The notes under the pieces were generated by a model. It saw nothing but the letters and a program-made list of their open reading frames with translations. It had not been told where the DNA came from and made no database searches. Positions 10,585 through 22,800 of a DNA stretch of 64,000 bases are shown one piece after another (position 1 is the first letter of the stretch; the number at the start of each line of letters is the position of its first letter). The stretch is from Atractiella rhizophila (lineage: Eukaryota): the NCBI GenBank assembly GCA_021432655.1, contig MU271261.1:1-64000 (forward strand). The letters run 5' to 3'. The position numbers were made by a program, and so were the translations under genes.

Positions 10585-12523
10585 TTAGTACTCAACGGCT
10601 CCTTCCTCCTCGTCAGCATTCTCCATCCCAACCTCCTCGTAATCTACATTGATCGAATCAGTATGATGTACTGGTCCAGAAGAACATGAAATACGAACCC
10701 TTCTCAAGAGCAGCCAAGTCCTCCCTCGCCTCCGAGAATTCACCCTCTTCCATTCCCTCACCGACGTACCAGTGAACAAAGGCCCTCTTGGAGTAGAGGA
10801 GGTCGAACTTGTTGTCCAACCTGCTCCAAGCAGCGGCGATGGCGGTCGTGTTGGACAACATGCAGAGGGATCTGCTGACGGGGGCCAGATCTCCATCAGG
10901 GACGATAGCGGGCTTCTCAGCGCAGATACCGAGCTGTTCCATGGCACCGGAGGTCAATCACAACAATCACCGAGAGGATAAAGGAGAATGGGCAGAGTCT
11001 CACCTTGAATCCGGTGGGGCACCAGTCGACGAACTGGATGGTCCTCTTCGTCTTGATAGAGGCGACGGCCGAGTTGGCATCCTTGGGGACGACATCACCC
11101 CTGAAAAGGAGGGCACAAGCCATGTACTTCCCTTGTCTAGGGTCGCACTTGACCATCTGGTTGTTGGGCTCGAAGCAAGCGTAAGTCATTTCGGCCACGC
11201 TGTTTTGCTCGTGTTGTGCCTTGTCACGACTGATGATCGGCGCGTAGGTAACGAGAGGGAAGTGGATACGGGGGAAAGGCACCAAGTTGGTCTGGAACTC
11301 GTTCAGGTCGACGTTCAGAGCACCATCGAAACGAAGGGACGCGGTGATGCTGGACACAACCTATTGCAATAGTTATCGTGAGCAGGAGTAATAGTGACGG
11401 AAAGGCCAATTACTTGAGCGATAAGCCTGTTCAAGTTGACATAGCCGGGGCTGACAATGCCCAAGTTCTTCCTGCAGATGTCGTAGATGGCCTCGTTGTC
11501 GACCATGAAGGAGCAGTCAACGTGTTCGAGGGTGGTGTGAGTGGTCAAGACTGAGTTGTAGGGCTCAACAACCGAGTTCGACATTTTAGGAGCGGGGTAG
11601 ATGCTAATCGCAATGGTCCCTATCAGCAGGGAAATATCAAGGGTGAGGCAATTAAGGCGTACGCAAACTCGAGCTTGCTCTTCTTGCCGTAATCGGTGGA
11701 TAACCTTTCCAACAAGAGGGCACCGAAACCAGATCCAGTTCCACCGCCGAAGGAGTGGAACACAAAGAATCCCTTATCAAGTCGTCATCAGCACTTCGAA
11801 TTTGCGATTTAAGAACTGGAAGGCCTACTTGAAGTCCAGTACAAGCATCAGCCAATCTCCTGAGCCTGTCAAGGACGGTATCAATCAACTCCTTTCCGAC
11901 GGTGTAGTGACCGCGAGCGTAGTTGTTGGCCGCGTCCTCCTTGCCAGTGACGAGCGTCTCTGGGTGGAAGAGGGACCTGTAGGTACCAGTCCTGACCTCA
12001 TCACTATCCACTACGCGTCAACAACTTGAAGTTACTAGAATGAGGAAAGACGAACACAACGTTAGGTTCTAGATCGACGTAGATACTCCTAGGCACGAAT
12101 TTTCCGGCTCCAGTCTCGGAGAAGAAGGTGGAGAATCCTTCAGTGGAGGCAGACTGGTCCTTGAGCCTTCCATCGGCGGAAAGTCCGTGCTCAAGGGTGT
12201 AGAGTTCCCAGCCTTAGCGGGTCACGGTTATGATTTTGCAGTCATGGATATGGAGATCGGCTCACAGGCATTACCAAGCTGGCAACCGGCCTGACCAACG
12301 TCTAGTGTTGTGAATGAGTGGTTGGATTCAAGTGATGCCATGCCAACTTACGAACACTGTTTCCCGTTCAAACACGTCAGTTTCAATTCAGATAAAGCAT
12401 AAGTTAGTTCAAGAGCGTCCTCCAAGTGTGCTGTGGAGCAGCAGGAGTAAGATCTCGACGAGATCAACTTGAACCGTTCTCATCAAAAATCAAACTTGGG
12501 ACTCACGAGATGACTTCTCTCAT
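10585..12523 (-). CDS. TUB1: Alpha-tubulin
   Basis: [23 protein letters not shown] (split by introns and a 5-nt microexon), [42 protein letters not shown]-terminal EEEGAVEY. Confidence 0.98.
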
Positions 12524-13071
12524 TTTTGCTTTAAATTACAGAGTTCCAGGCGAGGATGGTTCTGTGCTGGGGTTTATAAGGCTCGAGAAGAAGTCCTGTA
12601 GCGACGATAGGGCTTTTCTTGAGGTTGGGGGAAGATTTCGCCAACAGGTTCGCAAAGCTTTTAAGGGGCGCAGGTCGGCGCATGTTAGCGCAACGCTAAT
12701 GCAACATGTTGACCTTGTTTGCACCTTCAGACTCGCTTGAAGCCCGGAGCGTCAATAACACGCTGCGTTACATTTGCAGCAAGTAGTCTCAGGACATCCC
12801 TATGATAAGGGAGCAAGATTTGATTGAGTCCGCAAATTTTAGACACGAACCTTGACTTTCATCATCATCTAGCTGAGGTTCGGTATGCGTAGTAGCTGCC
12901 CTTCTTCAAGGTCCTTCACCTTTCAGGGGAACGAAGGACATACGTGTTGGGCTCAATATATGCCTCGTCGAATGAAGAGGAGTCATGTAGCTCTCCTGGC
13001 TGCAATTGTCAATAGGACATCATTGAGTGTTTTCAGTACAGCGTGTCAGACGTCAGACACGAGCGTGAGAA

Positions 13072-14642
13072 TCAAGTTAGACGATGCTTTGCACCAACAG
13101 CAGGATGTAATACTTTTTCGACATAATCACCATAGCTGCTTCCCTGCGTTCCAATTGCAATTTTCCCCCTCGCAGCTACCATCGAATCTAACATGGGGAT
13201 GAAGAAACCACCCAATTTTTCTCCATCAACGTTTTTCCAAGCAGCCAATTCAGCTATCCCAACATTCATTCCATCCCAATCTCCCAATGTAAACGTGCAT
13301 GGGAAAGCTCGAAAGAATTTGAAGAGGTTTGGATCGGTTTTTGGCGATCGGGAATCTGTTGCCATGTAGAGAGGTGCGTTGAAGACATGAAGCGCTGGAT
13401 CTGTATGGAGAGGGTAGTTACAGTGACGAATTCCACCACTTTCGTCTCTGTTGACTACCTGAAGCTGCTTAGACAGTCGCTTCGGTTCCTCTGTCAGCTT
13501 CCGCAAACGAAGGAGCACTTCTTCTGCCGCGCTTTCCCTTCCTTCCTCCACCAAGATTAAGGTCACGATTCGAGTGAAAAGGTTATCCATGTATTCTTCC
13601 GTCTTCTTCGCAAATATTCCATCTCCCACTCTCGCCAGAACAGCATAGTATCCTTGTTGGCGAGATACCTCCTCTAAGGCTGAAGCGATGAGTTGGGAGA
13701 TGTGGGACACAGCGTTGTTCCGCAGAATCAGCCGCTTCTCGAACCAGCTGGGCTTAAAAACCCCATCCGAGTCGGAGAGGTTGAGGCGTCCACTGCCAAA
13801 GAGCGAGCCGAAGAGGATAAGAGATTCCCGGCGCTTTCGCAAGGCTTGCAAGGAGAAAGACGTCTGGTATTTATTGACGCCGGTGCGCTGCCACGGAGGA
13901 AAAGGGACAGTGAGGTCGGTGGATGGGAGATGGGTTGTGAACTGGAGCTCGTCTTTCGAGCTCTCCTTCACATAATACTGCGAAAGAGTGAAATCAATAA
14001 CAAGCATCAGTCAGATAAGCGCCATACAACGTCGTCCTCCCCAATACCCCCAGCGTCCAACCTGGCTCCCTCTTCCGTCATGCCAGCTCGTTCCCCAGTG
14101 CCATCGCCCCACCACCGGTTAGCGAAGCTTGACTCCAGTCTCCTCTTCAAGCGCTTTCAGATCAAAGACATTGTCAAAAGCGATGAAGGTGCTCCCCGTT
14201 CTCTTTGCTTTTTCCATCTTGGAGTTGCCCTGTTGAAACAAAACATCCCCTTGTATTCGATCCTCCCAAGCTTTTGCAGGACATCGTATCCCGAACGAGG
14301 TGGACCTCCTTCTCCTACCCATATGGGAGGAAGGAGCAGGGTTCGGTTCAGGTATAATGCTAAGGAGAGAGCGTTTTGGAGTATCGTTCGTTGATTATGG
14401 AATTGGGAGTGGGGCAAGTAAGAAAGGTATTTTTCACCGCTCCGAAGGGGTCGATGAAGAGGGAAAGGCTGAAATGGTCTCCTGGGATCCCCGTTCGTTT
14501 GTTCATCGTCGCTTTCGGGTGACGCGGATGAATTAGTCCGAAAGAACGATGAATTGAACGAAGAAGGCCACCGGAAGTAGACCCAAAATCCTCCCAATGC
14601 AAGGAAAAACAGCAAAACTTTTCGCCTTCCTCCGACGGGCAT
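13072..14642 (-). pseudogene. O-fucosyltransferase-like (CigA-type) type II membrane glycosyltransferase with a disrupted reading frame
   Basis: N-terminal TM anchor, KYLSYLPHSQFHNQR..LQNAL.LA.YLNRTLLLPP, YYAVLARVGDGIF, PLYMATD, LDSMVAARG..IGTQGSSY. Frameshift at about 14272 (A-run) and in-frame TAA at 14119-14121. Confidence 0.7.
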
Positions 14643-15105
14643 ATCTTTGGCGAAAATCTCTGGAGGAAGTCTTTAAAGAAAGGGAACTCCGACCTGGAGA
14701 CCTACGGCCTCGCGGTTTCCGAGACTAGTCCAGCTTGCAATTTATAGAACAAGCTGTTGCGCTGTTCGCATACTGGCAGCAGGAGTACCAAATTTGAGCA
14801 GATGCTGAGCTCCAGCAGCAAGACAGAGCTAAAAGTGCAAAGATGGATAGGTCAAAGCGTTCAAGCAACGCAGCCAACCTTCCAAAATGCAGCAGCAAAC
14901 CTTATCAACATCTTGACCTCCTATGTTGGAATTTTGCTGCGACACGTGGCACCTTGAAAACCCGACGCCTTGGTTTTCAACCACAGAATTTATTACGGAG
15001 TATTCATCGCGATTCTCCCTTCTTAAGTAGCTAAAGGTGTCCTAGCGGATCCCTATTCTCTTTTGTAGTGGCTGGCCGTCGATTCCGCTGTGAGGAGCAA
15101 CCGCG

Positions 15106-16635
15106 ATGACACTCGCAAAACTAGCTATTTGCGTGTCTGGAATCTATGGGTCCTTCCTTTTGTGGGCTCTGTTGCAAGAGCGAAGTAAGTCCTCTTTTTG
15201 ACTATCAAGTCAAGCACCCTGTTTGCTTTATGTTGTACGTGCCGTACGAAAGGCTGGTCCCCCAGAAATCGGCCTATGAAAGCCTTCTGACCTCATTGCC
15301 AACTGCTCCTTTCCCTTCCATATTCGCTCGCTGCAATGATACGAAGCTGATGCATCGAATAGTATCCACGACATCATATGCTCCACCGGGCGAGCCTCCA
15401 GAGTACTTTCGCGCGGTGGTCTTCCTCAACAGCATCCAATCAACTTTCTGTTGCATAGCCGCTCTTTTGTACCTCGCAAGCTTCAAGCACTCATCCCAGA
15501 ACATATGGGAGCTTCTGGGACTCCCATCGACCGGTTTGTCGAATAAATCCGACATTGCTTCTCAAGTCCCTCGATCGCCGCTTTTCGAGAGGAAGAAGAC
15601 GAAATCCGAAGTGGATGGAGGCTTCCTTTCAAATGCGACTGGTGAGCAGGAATTTACCAGGATGCACGGCGGACAGAAAGACTTGGAGACGCCTTCGACT
15701 TTCCTTTCTTTCCCTAAGAACGTTCAACAATTCACATTGACGCTAGAAGAATCGCAAAACAAGTATTGGTTCCAGCGATATCCCTTCAACTTCCTTGGTC
15801 ACATTCTAAAAGTCTCCATTCTTCAATCGATTGGACCTATCTTTGGATTCGCCAGTTTACGATACATTTCTTTCCCGACCATGATCCTCGGGAAGAGCTG
15901 CAAACTCATCCCTGTCATGCTCATGAACATCATCCTCTACCGACGCAAATTCGCAGCCCATAAGTACGCTGTGGTCGCGATCGTGACGAGCGGAATAAGT
16001 GTTTTCATGTTGATGGGCGAGCAGCATGGGACTGGAGAGAAGCGAAAAGGAGCGGAATCGTCGTCATTATTGGGAATCATTTTGCTCCTCATCAATCTAA
16101 TCATCGATGGATCCGTCAATTCGACCCAGGACGAGATCTTCAAGCTCTTCCCGACGATCAACGGAACACAGATGATGTTCTGGATGAACCTCTTCTCGAC
16201 CTTTCTCACCACCTCATCTCTCTTCATCCCCTTCCCTTCAATCCCCATCCTCTCTCCACCCTCGACCTCCAGCTCTCCAACCAGTTTTGGGTTGCGTTAG
16301 AGTTCATTCAAAAATACCCTTCTGTCCTGCGCGACCTCCTCCTTTTCTCCCTCTTCGGCGCGCTCGGACAAATCTTCATCTTCCTCACCCTCGCAAACTT
16401 CGGCTCCTTGACGCTTGTGACCATAACCGTCCTCCGAAAACTGTTCACCATGATTCTCAGCGTTTTCATATACCATCACGATCTCTCTGCAGGACAGTGG
16501 GGTGGTGTCACTTTGGTTTTCGCTGGGATTGCAATAGAGGCTTATGTGGCTGGTGGAAAGAAGGATGGGCAGGGGGAGAGCATGGCACATCGTGTTTTGG
16601 ATGAGAAGGAGAAGGCGAGGCTGAAAGATGCGTGA
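15106..16635 (+). CDS. HUT1: UAA-family nucleotide-sugar transporter Hut1/SLC35B1 (apparent 1-bp frameshift near 16285)
   Basis: MTLAKLAICVSGIYGSFLLWALLQER, intron from 15185, FLNSIQS, ISFPTMILGKSCKLIPVM, IDGSVNSTQDEIF. After a frame change: FGALGQIFIFLTLANFGSLTLVTITVLRKLFTMILSV...EKEKARLKDA*. Confidence 0.9.
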
Positions 16636-18098
16636 CTTGTTCCAACTCCTTTACAGCTCATCTAATGAGTCGCCCCTCCGCACTCCCATTACAGTTTCCC
16701 TTCCCGATCAATCACTTAGGAATACAGTAAATGAATGTTGTTGCACAACGGGAACACTACTGGCCTAAATGAATGTATTCCCACTCACGTCGCCTCTCAC
16801 TGTCCAACCGTCCTCACAAAGACTTTCGCCACAATTGCGCGGAGTTCTTCCCCAACAACCGCAAATCCAAACCTCCATGGTTCATTTCGTTCTCGGAGGA
16901 ACTCAGCTGGTAACTCAACAACACTACACTTTCGACATCCTTCCAAACAGTATCATTATTCAAATCCAAAACGTGTTGGTTGACCTGGTAAAATTCTTCG
17001 GTCCGTCTGCCAGTTCGCGTTTAGCACGAATCAAACTGAATCGAATGAGCACGAGGACCAGCGGCATGCAATTTCCAAGCTCAAGGCCGTTTTGTTCCAT
17101 CGCACCCATGTTGTGGGCTACTCACGGTACAAGACAACACTACTTGAGCCGCGTTGTTTTGGACTTTCAGATCGCTTCATTAAGGACTAGGATTGCGTCC
17201 ATAGCTTGCATCCATTAGTTGATCCTAACCTCCGAGCTTGACACCGTAACATTCATCTCGGGTTGCTTCGTTCCTCGTTTGTCAAGTTGTCATACCTACT
17301 CATCCTCTGAATTGGGTCTTTGTTCCCATTGAAGGCTTTCCTGTACTGTACCTCGATATACGGATACTCGTTAGAGTCGTGAAATATCCCTAGATGTTGA
17401 GGCTATTGACCGCTTGAAGTATCAGGAAAAACAGAGAAGAACAGGAGAGATAAACAAGAGGATACAAATATAACCAGGTTCGGCATTTCCTTGACGGCGA
17501 GAGCAGGCTGAAAGTGAAAACGAGTTGTACGGTTTCTCGGATCTTTGGCCGCACAGCCTTTCGCTTTCTTCAGACTTGGTCAAACATTGAAGAAGCGTGC
17601 TCGAAAGGCGTTTTGGAGGGAATACGACGCTAGTCTCGTCCAACCGCCGACATACATATATCACCTCATCCCATCCCCAAGCTTCTGAGGCTCACGCTTT
17701 CCAAGTTCTCGTTCTCGTGGGAATCAGAAATCGGGCATGAAAGTTCTTTGACCATCTTCCTCTCTATATCTTATTACTTCTCTTTTCTCGCCCAAGAGCC
17801 CTCAAAGAACTCCCATTCACAAGAGGAAGCGAAGTCACGAGTCAGAGCCGAGGCGTGGAGGCTCTTCGCTTTTCTTTCTAGTCTAGTGTGTTAAATTTTT
17901 CGTTCCACACTCTTTCCTTTTCGCTAATCAAGGAGCGTCGGCAGACTGTCGTTTCTACCGTAAAATATCAGTACTTTAAACATTCGTTCCGAGTCAAACG
18001 TCGTCGACTTCGATGCAACTTGTCGCCATTCAACCGACCGTCCTGCCTCATCTCCTCAACAGTCCTTACACCACGACCGTCCCTACTTCCAACGGTAC

Positions 18099-19079
18099 AA
18101 TGGACTTGGGTTCGAGAGTGCCTTCGCACCTGCTCATCACTGCCAAACTAGCATGTGTCAATTGCCGAGTCAAAAAGATCCGATGCGATGTCAGTCCCCT
18201 CCTATCTCTTCCCCTCCACCGTTCCACTGACTGCTTCGCAGATGACAAGACCAGTTTGTGGCAACTGCGTCCGCCATGCTCAGTCCCACAACCTGTCCCC
18301 GGACGCTGTCAATTGCGAATACATCCCGATCTCCTCTCCCTCGTCCATGACCCCGCCAAATCCTAATTCGGCCTCAAGGAGTAGCAACAGTCCTCCCGCC
18401 TCGGGTTCTCGAGGAGGTAAAGGGAAGGCGAAGGGGAAGGGTGCCAAGAGTGGGAGGTCTTCGCAGGACGATGAGGATGACAAGCGCATCGAGGAATTGT
18501 CGCAACGATTGGGTAAGTCTCTGTTCGCACCATGATTGGAATAGGGCTGACGTGGCGATGAGTATAGCATTTTTGGAGAACATCGTTTCGAACGCTATGG
18601 CCGTCGCTTCCGCCGATCCAACACGCCAGTCCCCCTTCCACGGATCAACAAGCATGTCTCAGCAATCCTCTCCTTCGTCCGCCTCTCCCACATCACCGTG
18701 GGATGCCGCGAACCTGCTCGGCCAACATGGCAGCAACAACGAGTCGCTAGTTTACCCATATCCGAACGCTTCCGGACAATTTCTCTCCAGCCAACATGTT
18801 GGCGTCGGTGGATTCGGAGGTCAACCGATGCCAGACGTTCCTTCACATTTTCAGAGACCGGCAGGACCAGGCGAGGCGCTTCCAGTCTCGACTTTTAGTT
18901 CTAATACTCCTTCGATCAATTTCCACGATCCCGCCCTTCAGCAGCAGCTGCTCCAACAACTCCAACAACATCAGCCACAGGCGATAGATTGGAGTTGGAT
19001 CGCTTCTCAAACTTCAAGTGGCAACTTGTCTAATGAAGATCTAGAATTGTTGTCCAAATATTACACTCACTCGATGTAG
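18099..19079 (+). CDS. Zn(II)2Cys6 transcription factor, short form without a middle homology region
   Basis: ACVNCRVKKIRCD, intron, MTRPVCGNCVRH...CEY; coiled coil KRIEELSQRL, intron, AFLENIV; S/Q-rich tail. An in-frame upstream ATG exists at 18013. Confidence 0.85.
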
Positions 19080-19840
19080 GAAGTTGGTTTCGCATTTTCA
19101 TCCGCAACTTCAAGTTTCAGTTAACAACGTTTTCAAGTTAGTATGCCCACTCCTACTTCGTTCTAAGCCGTGAACACCCCTTCATTCTCCATCACACATC
19201 GTTGTTTTCTGCTGCTTTCCTTATGATTCTTGATTCGATTCTTCTTGACAGTTTCCAAAACATCAAAGATGGGCTTGAAGGACATTTCTGTTTGCTTGTT
19301 CGCAAAAAGCTTCATGGACTTTCATGGACTCTCTCGATGTAAAACATCGCCTACCAAAGGGACGCTACGCTTTCAAAGTCAAGGACGCTGACTTCTGTTC
19401 TTTCAAACTCATTCCGTTAAAGTGGTAGTCGTAGTTCAAGGACGCTTTCTTCATCAAGGACGCTCAATGGACTCTAACTACAACTACATACATACACCAT
19501 TCCATTCCAGTTGGTTGGATGTACTTCGACTTTCTTCTGGAGCCATCATTTTGACGGACTCTTCTTGCTGACGCCTTTTGATGTGTGAAGAAGATGGACT
19601 GAACAAAAAGACCAAGTGGAATAGTCTGCCCCTAGATAATACAAATAATCGACGTGCTTTTTAACACGCGTTTTGTCGCATTGTTCCCAGAGCGAGAGGA
19701 TTTCGAGTAAAACGACGCATCGATGGCTCGATGAAAAAGTTGGGGAAGTAAGGGCAGGCTCTGGGGGAGGACACTGGGATACTGGCGTAGCAAATAAGAA
19801 GCATGATATTGTAAGAATCCCGGTATAAACGACAACAACA

Positions 19841-22800
19841 CTAGCCAAACGTCTGACTGGTCCTGGTAGACCTTTTGAGTTTCGACAATCTCCAATCGTC
19901 CTGAGATTTCGCAAACCGATCCCACAACGGCGCAATCCTACAACCACTGTAAGCCGAACTAGTTTTGGGCTAGATGACGGAGGGAACGTACTTTTCTTGT
20001 TTCTTCCTCTTCGAGAGTTTGGAACTGTCTGCAACCTTGAAGAACCGGGGAGCACACTCGGCAAGCCATTGAGGCTCAATGGCGGTGACCGCACGCATGT
20101 ATTCTCGAGTTGTGAGGACGAGTTCGTGGTAGATCAACCATTCCGGCGCACGGTTGAACAGTGCTGAGGAGGGATGAAGGAAGACGGGAGTGCCTTCTGT
20201 AAGTGTCTTATAACCTTCTTGAGGACTAGATGATGGTCAGGACTTTGCGGGACAGAAAGGAGGATGAGGACATACTCTTTCTTAGCTGCATGTCGGAAGT
20301 AACCACTGCAAAGTGCTCGTCTGACACGATTGTAGTTCTTGCCGCAGGAGACGATTTCATGCTTGTATCTGCAACCACATCAGCAACTGCAACATCTAAT
20401 TATCCATGAGAACATACCGATCCATGATCCCCAACAGTTGCTTCCTGACATCCCTCGCACTCTTCATACTCCTGGCCTGAATATAGTTCTCATGACACCA
20501 CGGATTGCTAAACTTGCTCGCCTTCCAAGCGTTATACACAGCAAGGAGTGTGAGATGGTCCCCTTCAGGTTGATGGAACTTGGCTTTCTTCGCATCCGCC
20601 TGCGCTTGCTTATCTTTAGGGCGATAGAAGATTTCTCCCTGCGTCGAAATCATCGCCACGATCGTTAAGATTTCTTCTGAGCAACCCAAGTCCACAGAGC
20701 AAATCATCATCTTCGCCAGTGCGGGGTCAAGTGGCCAATCAGCCATTTTTCTCCCTAAGCGCGTCAACAATCCTTCATCGTCCAATGCGCCGAGAGCGTA
20801 AAGATCTTCGAGGGCAGTGATCAACGTTTGCTGTGGAGGAGGATCCATGAAGCCAAAGTTCATGAGGTCGTTAATGCCCATCGCTTTAAGCGTGAGGATA
20901 GTGGCCGAAAGGTTGGTTCTGAGAATATCGGGGATGGGATTGGGGAGCATCTCGTTCCTGTATGCGGCCTCGGTGTACAATCGATAACACTTCCCTGGAC
21001 CTGTACGTCCAGCACGACCTGAGCGTTGGCGAGCTTGAGCTTGAGAGATGGGAGTGACGACAAGGGAGTCCATCCCGAGTCTTGGATCATACGCCTTCTG
21101 TTTCACAAAGCCAGGATCGACGACGTAGAAGATACCGTCGATGGTGATGCTAGTCTCTGCGATATTGGTAGCGATGACCACCTTCCTAGCACCGGGAGGA
21201 GCAGGCTCGAAGATCTTGCTCTGGGTTTCACTGGGCAGAGCAGAATAGACAGGAAGGATGAGCAGTTCGGGAACCGAATTTCCAAGGCTCTTCATTCGTT
21301 CGTAGAGGATCTCGCAGGCGGTATCGATTTCTTCTTTGCCCGTGAGAAAAAGGAGGATGTCGCCTTCGGGTTCGGAGAGATGGATCTGCATGACGGTAAT
21401 TAGGGCAGCGTCGAGGTAATCCGATTCTGGCTCTTTCGTGTACAAAATCTCTACCGGGAATGTACGACCGGGAATGGTGAAGATGGGACAGGCGTAAAAG
21501 TACTCGGAGAACTTTGCAGCGTCCAAAGTGGCGGAGGTAACGATGAGTTTCAAGTCCGGTCGCCTTTTCAGCGTTTCTATCAAAATCCCATCAGCACCAG
21601 TAATTCACAGAAGACGAAGAGAGAGCGCAGACGGACTCTTCAACAGTCCAAACATGACATCCGTGAATATGGTCCTCTCATGGGCCTCATCAAGCATAAG
21701 CACAGAATACTTTGTCAGATCCGGATCGAACAAAGCCTCCATCTGCAACATCCCGTCCGTCATATACTTGATTTTCGTCTCTGGACTCGTACAGTCGTCG
21801 AACCGAATAGTATATCCCACCTCTTGGCCCAACCTGCATCCGACCTCCTCAGCTACCCTCTTCGCGACGCTCATAGCAGCTACTCGTCGGGGCTGAGTAC
21901 ACCCAATCGTCCCTGAGTCGCCGAATCCAGCTTCAGCCAAATACTGCGTCATCTGTGTCGTCTTCCCACTCCCCGTGTCTCCGACAACAACGAGGACCTG
22001 ATGATCCTTCACGGCCTGTATGATCTGTTCCCTAAAAGCATAGATGGGAAGACTCTGTCTCTGTTCCTGTATCGACAGACTAGTGATCCTTCCGTACGTG
22101 GTCGCCTTATTGAAAGTGGCATTTTTCCAAGCGCTCATCCCCTCCTCCTTCTTCCCATGCAACGCTCCACTCCTAAAATCCTGCGCAAACACCTTATCCT
22201 CCGCTTTAGCCGCCGGGTCGAGCCAAGGGGACGAGAGGTCCCTCGCCTCCGAATCCGCACGGTCTTGGGCTTCTTGAGCGCGCATCTCCCGCCTCTCTTT
22301 CGCGAGTGACGTCCCGGAGAGAGCGGCTCGGTTGAGCGTGCCATCCGGCGCCTTGATGATTTTGACGGGTGACATCTCCAGCGCTCTCTTCGTCTGTCCG
22401 CGTAAGAAAGGCGCTTCTTCCTCCTTGACCTCGATATCCAGCTCTTCCTCCGCTCCATAATACTCATCCGCTCCCCCCCCTCCTCCTCCTCCTCTCCTTC
22501 CGCTAGGAGCAGCCATCATATAATCACGATCGTCATCCAACTCCGGATAATCCGACGCTTTAGCCGCTCCACTAGCAATAAGCTGTTTGATCTCCCACCT
22601 CTCCGGACTCGTCAAGCGTCTAGCTGAACTCCTCCTGTCATCATCAGCGAAAGAACTCCCCTCCCATCTCCACCCCCTCCCCTGGCCCCACCGAGCGGTA
22701 CGCCATTGGATCCCGTGCTGTAGAGCCGTCGTTGCTCATCTTCGATCTCCTTCTCGCTCTTGATTCGTAGATTGGGTGTGAGATCCGCTCCGGTTCGTTG

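Noticed and set aside
12680..12712. Palindromes TTAGCGCAACGCTAA and CAACATGTTG upstream of tubulin
   Set aside because: Short, and not matched to any defined motif with confidence.
16284..16300. 17-nt GT...AG mini-intron that would restore the HUT1 frame
   Set aside because: Too short for a fungal spliceosomal intron, with no branch point and a poor donor.
16700..17700. Possible minus-strand gene between HUT1 and the Zn cluster gene
   Set aside because: Frames are broken by many stops and carry no recognisable motif; it may be a decayed gene but I cannot support a call.
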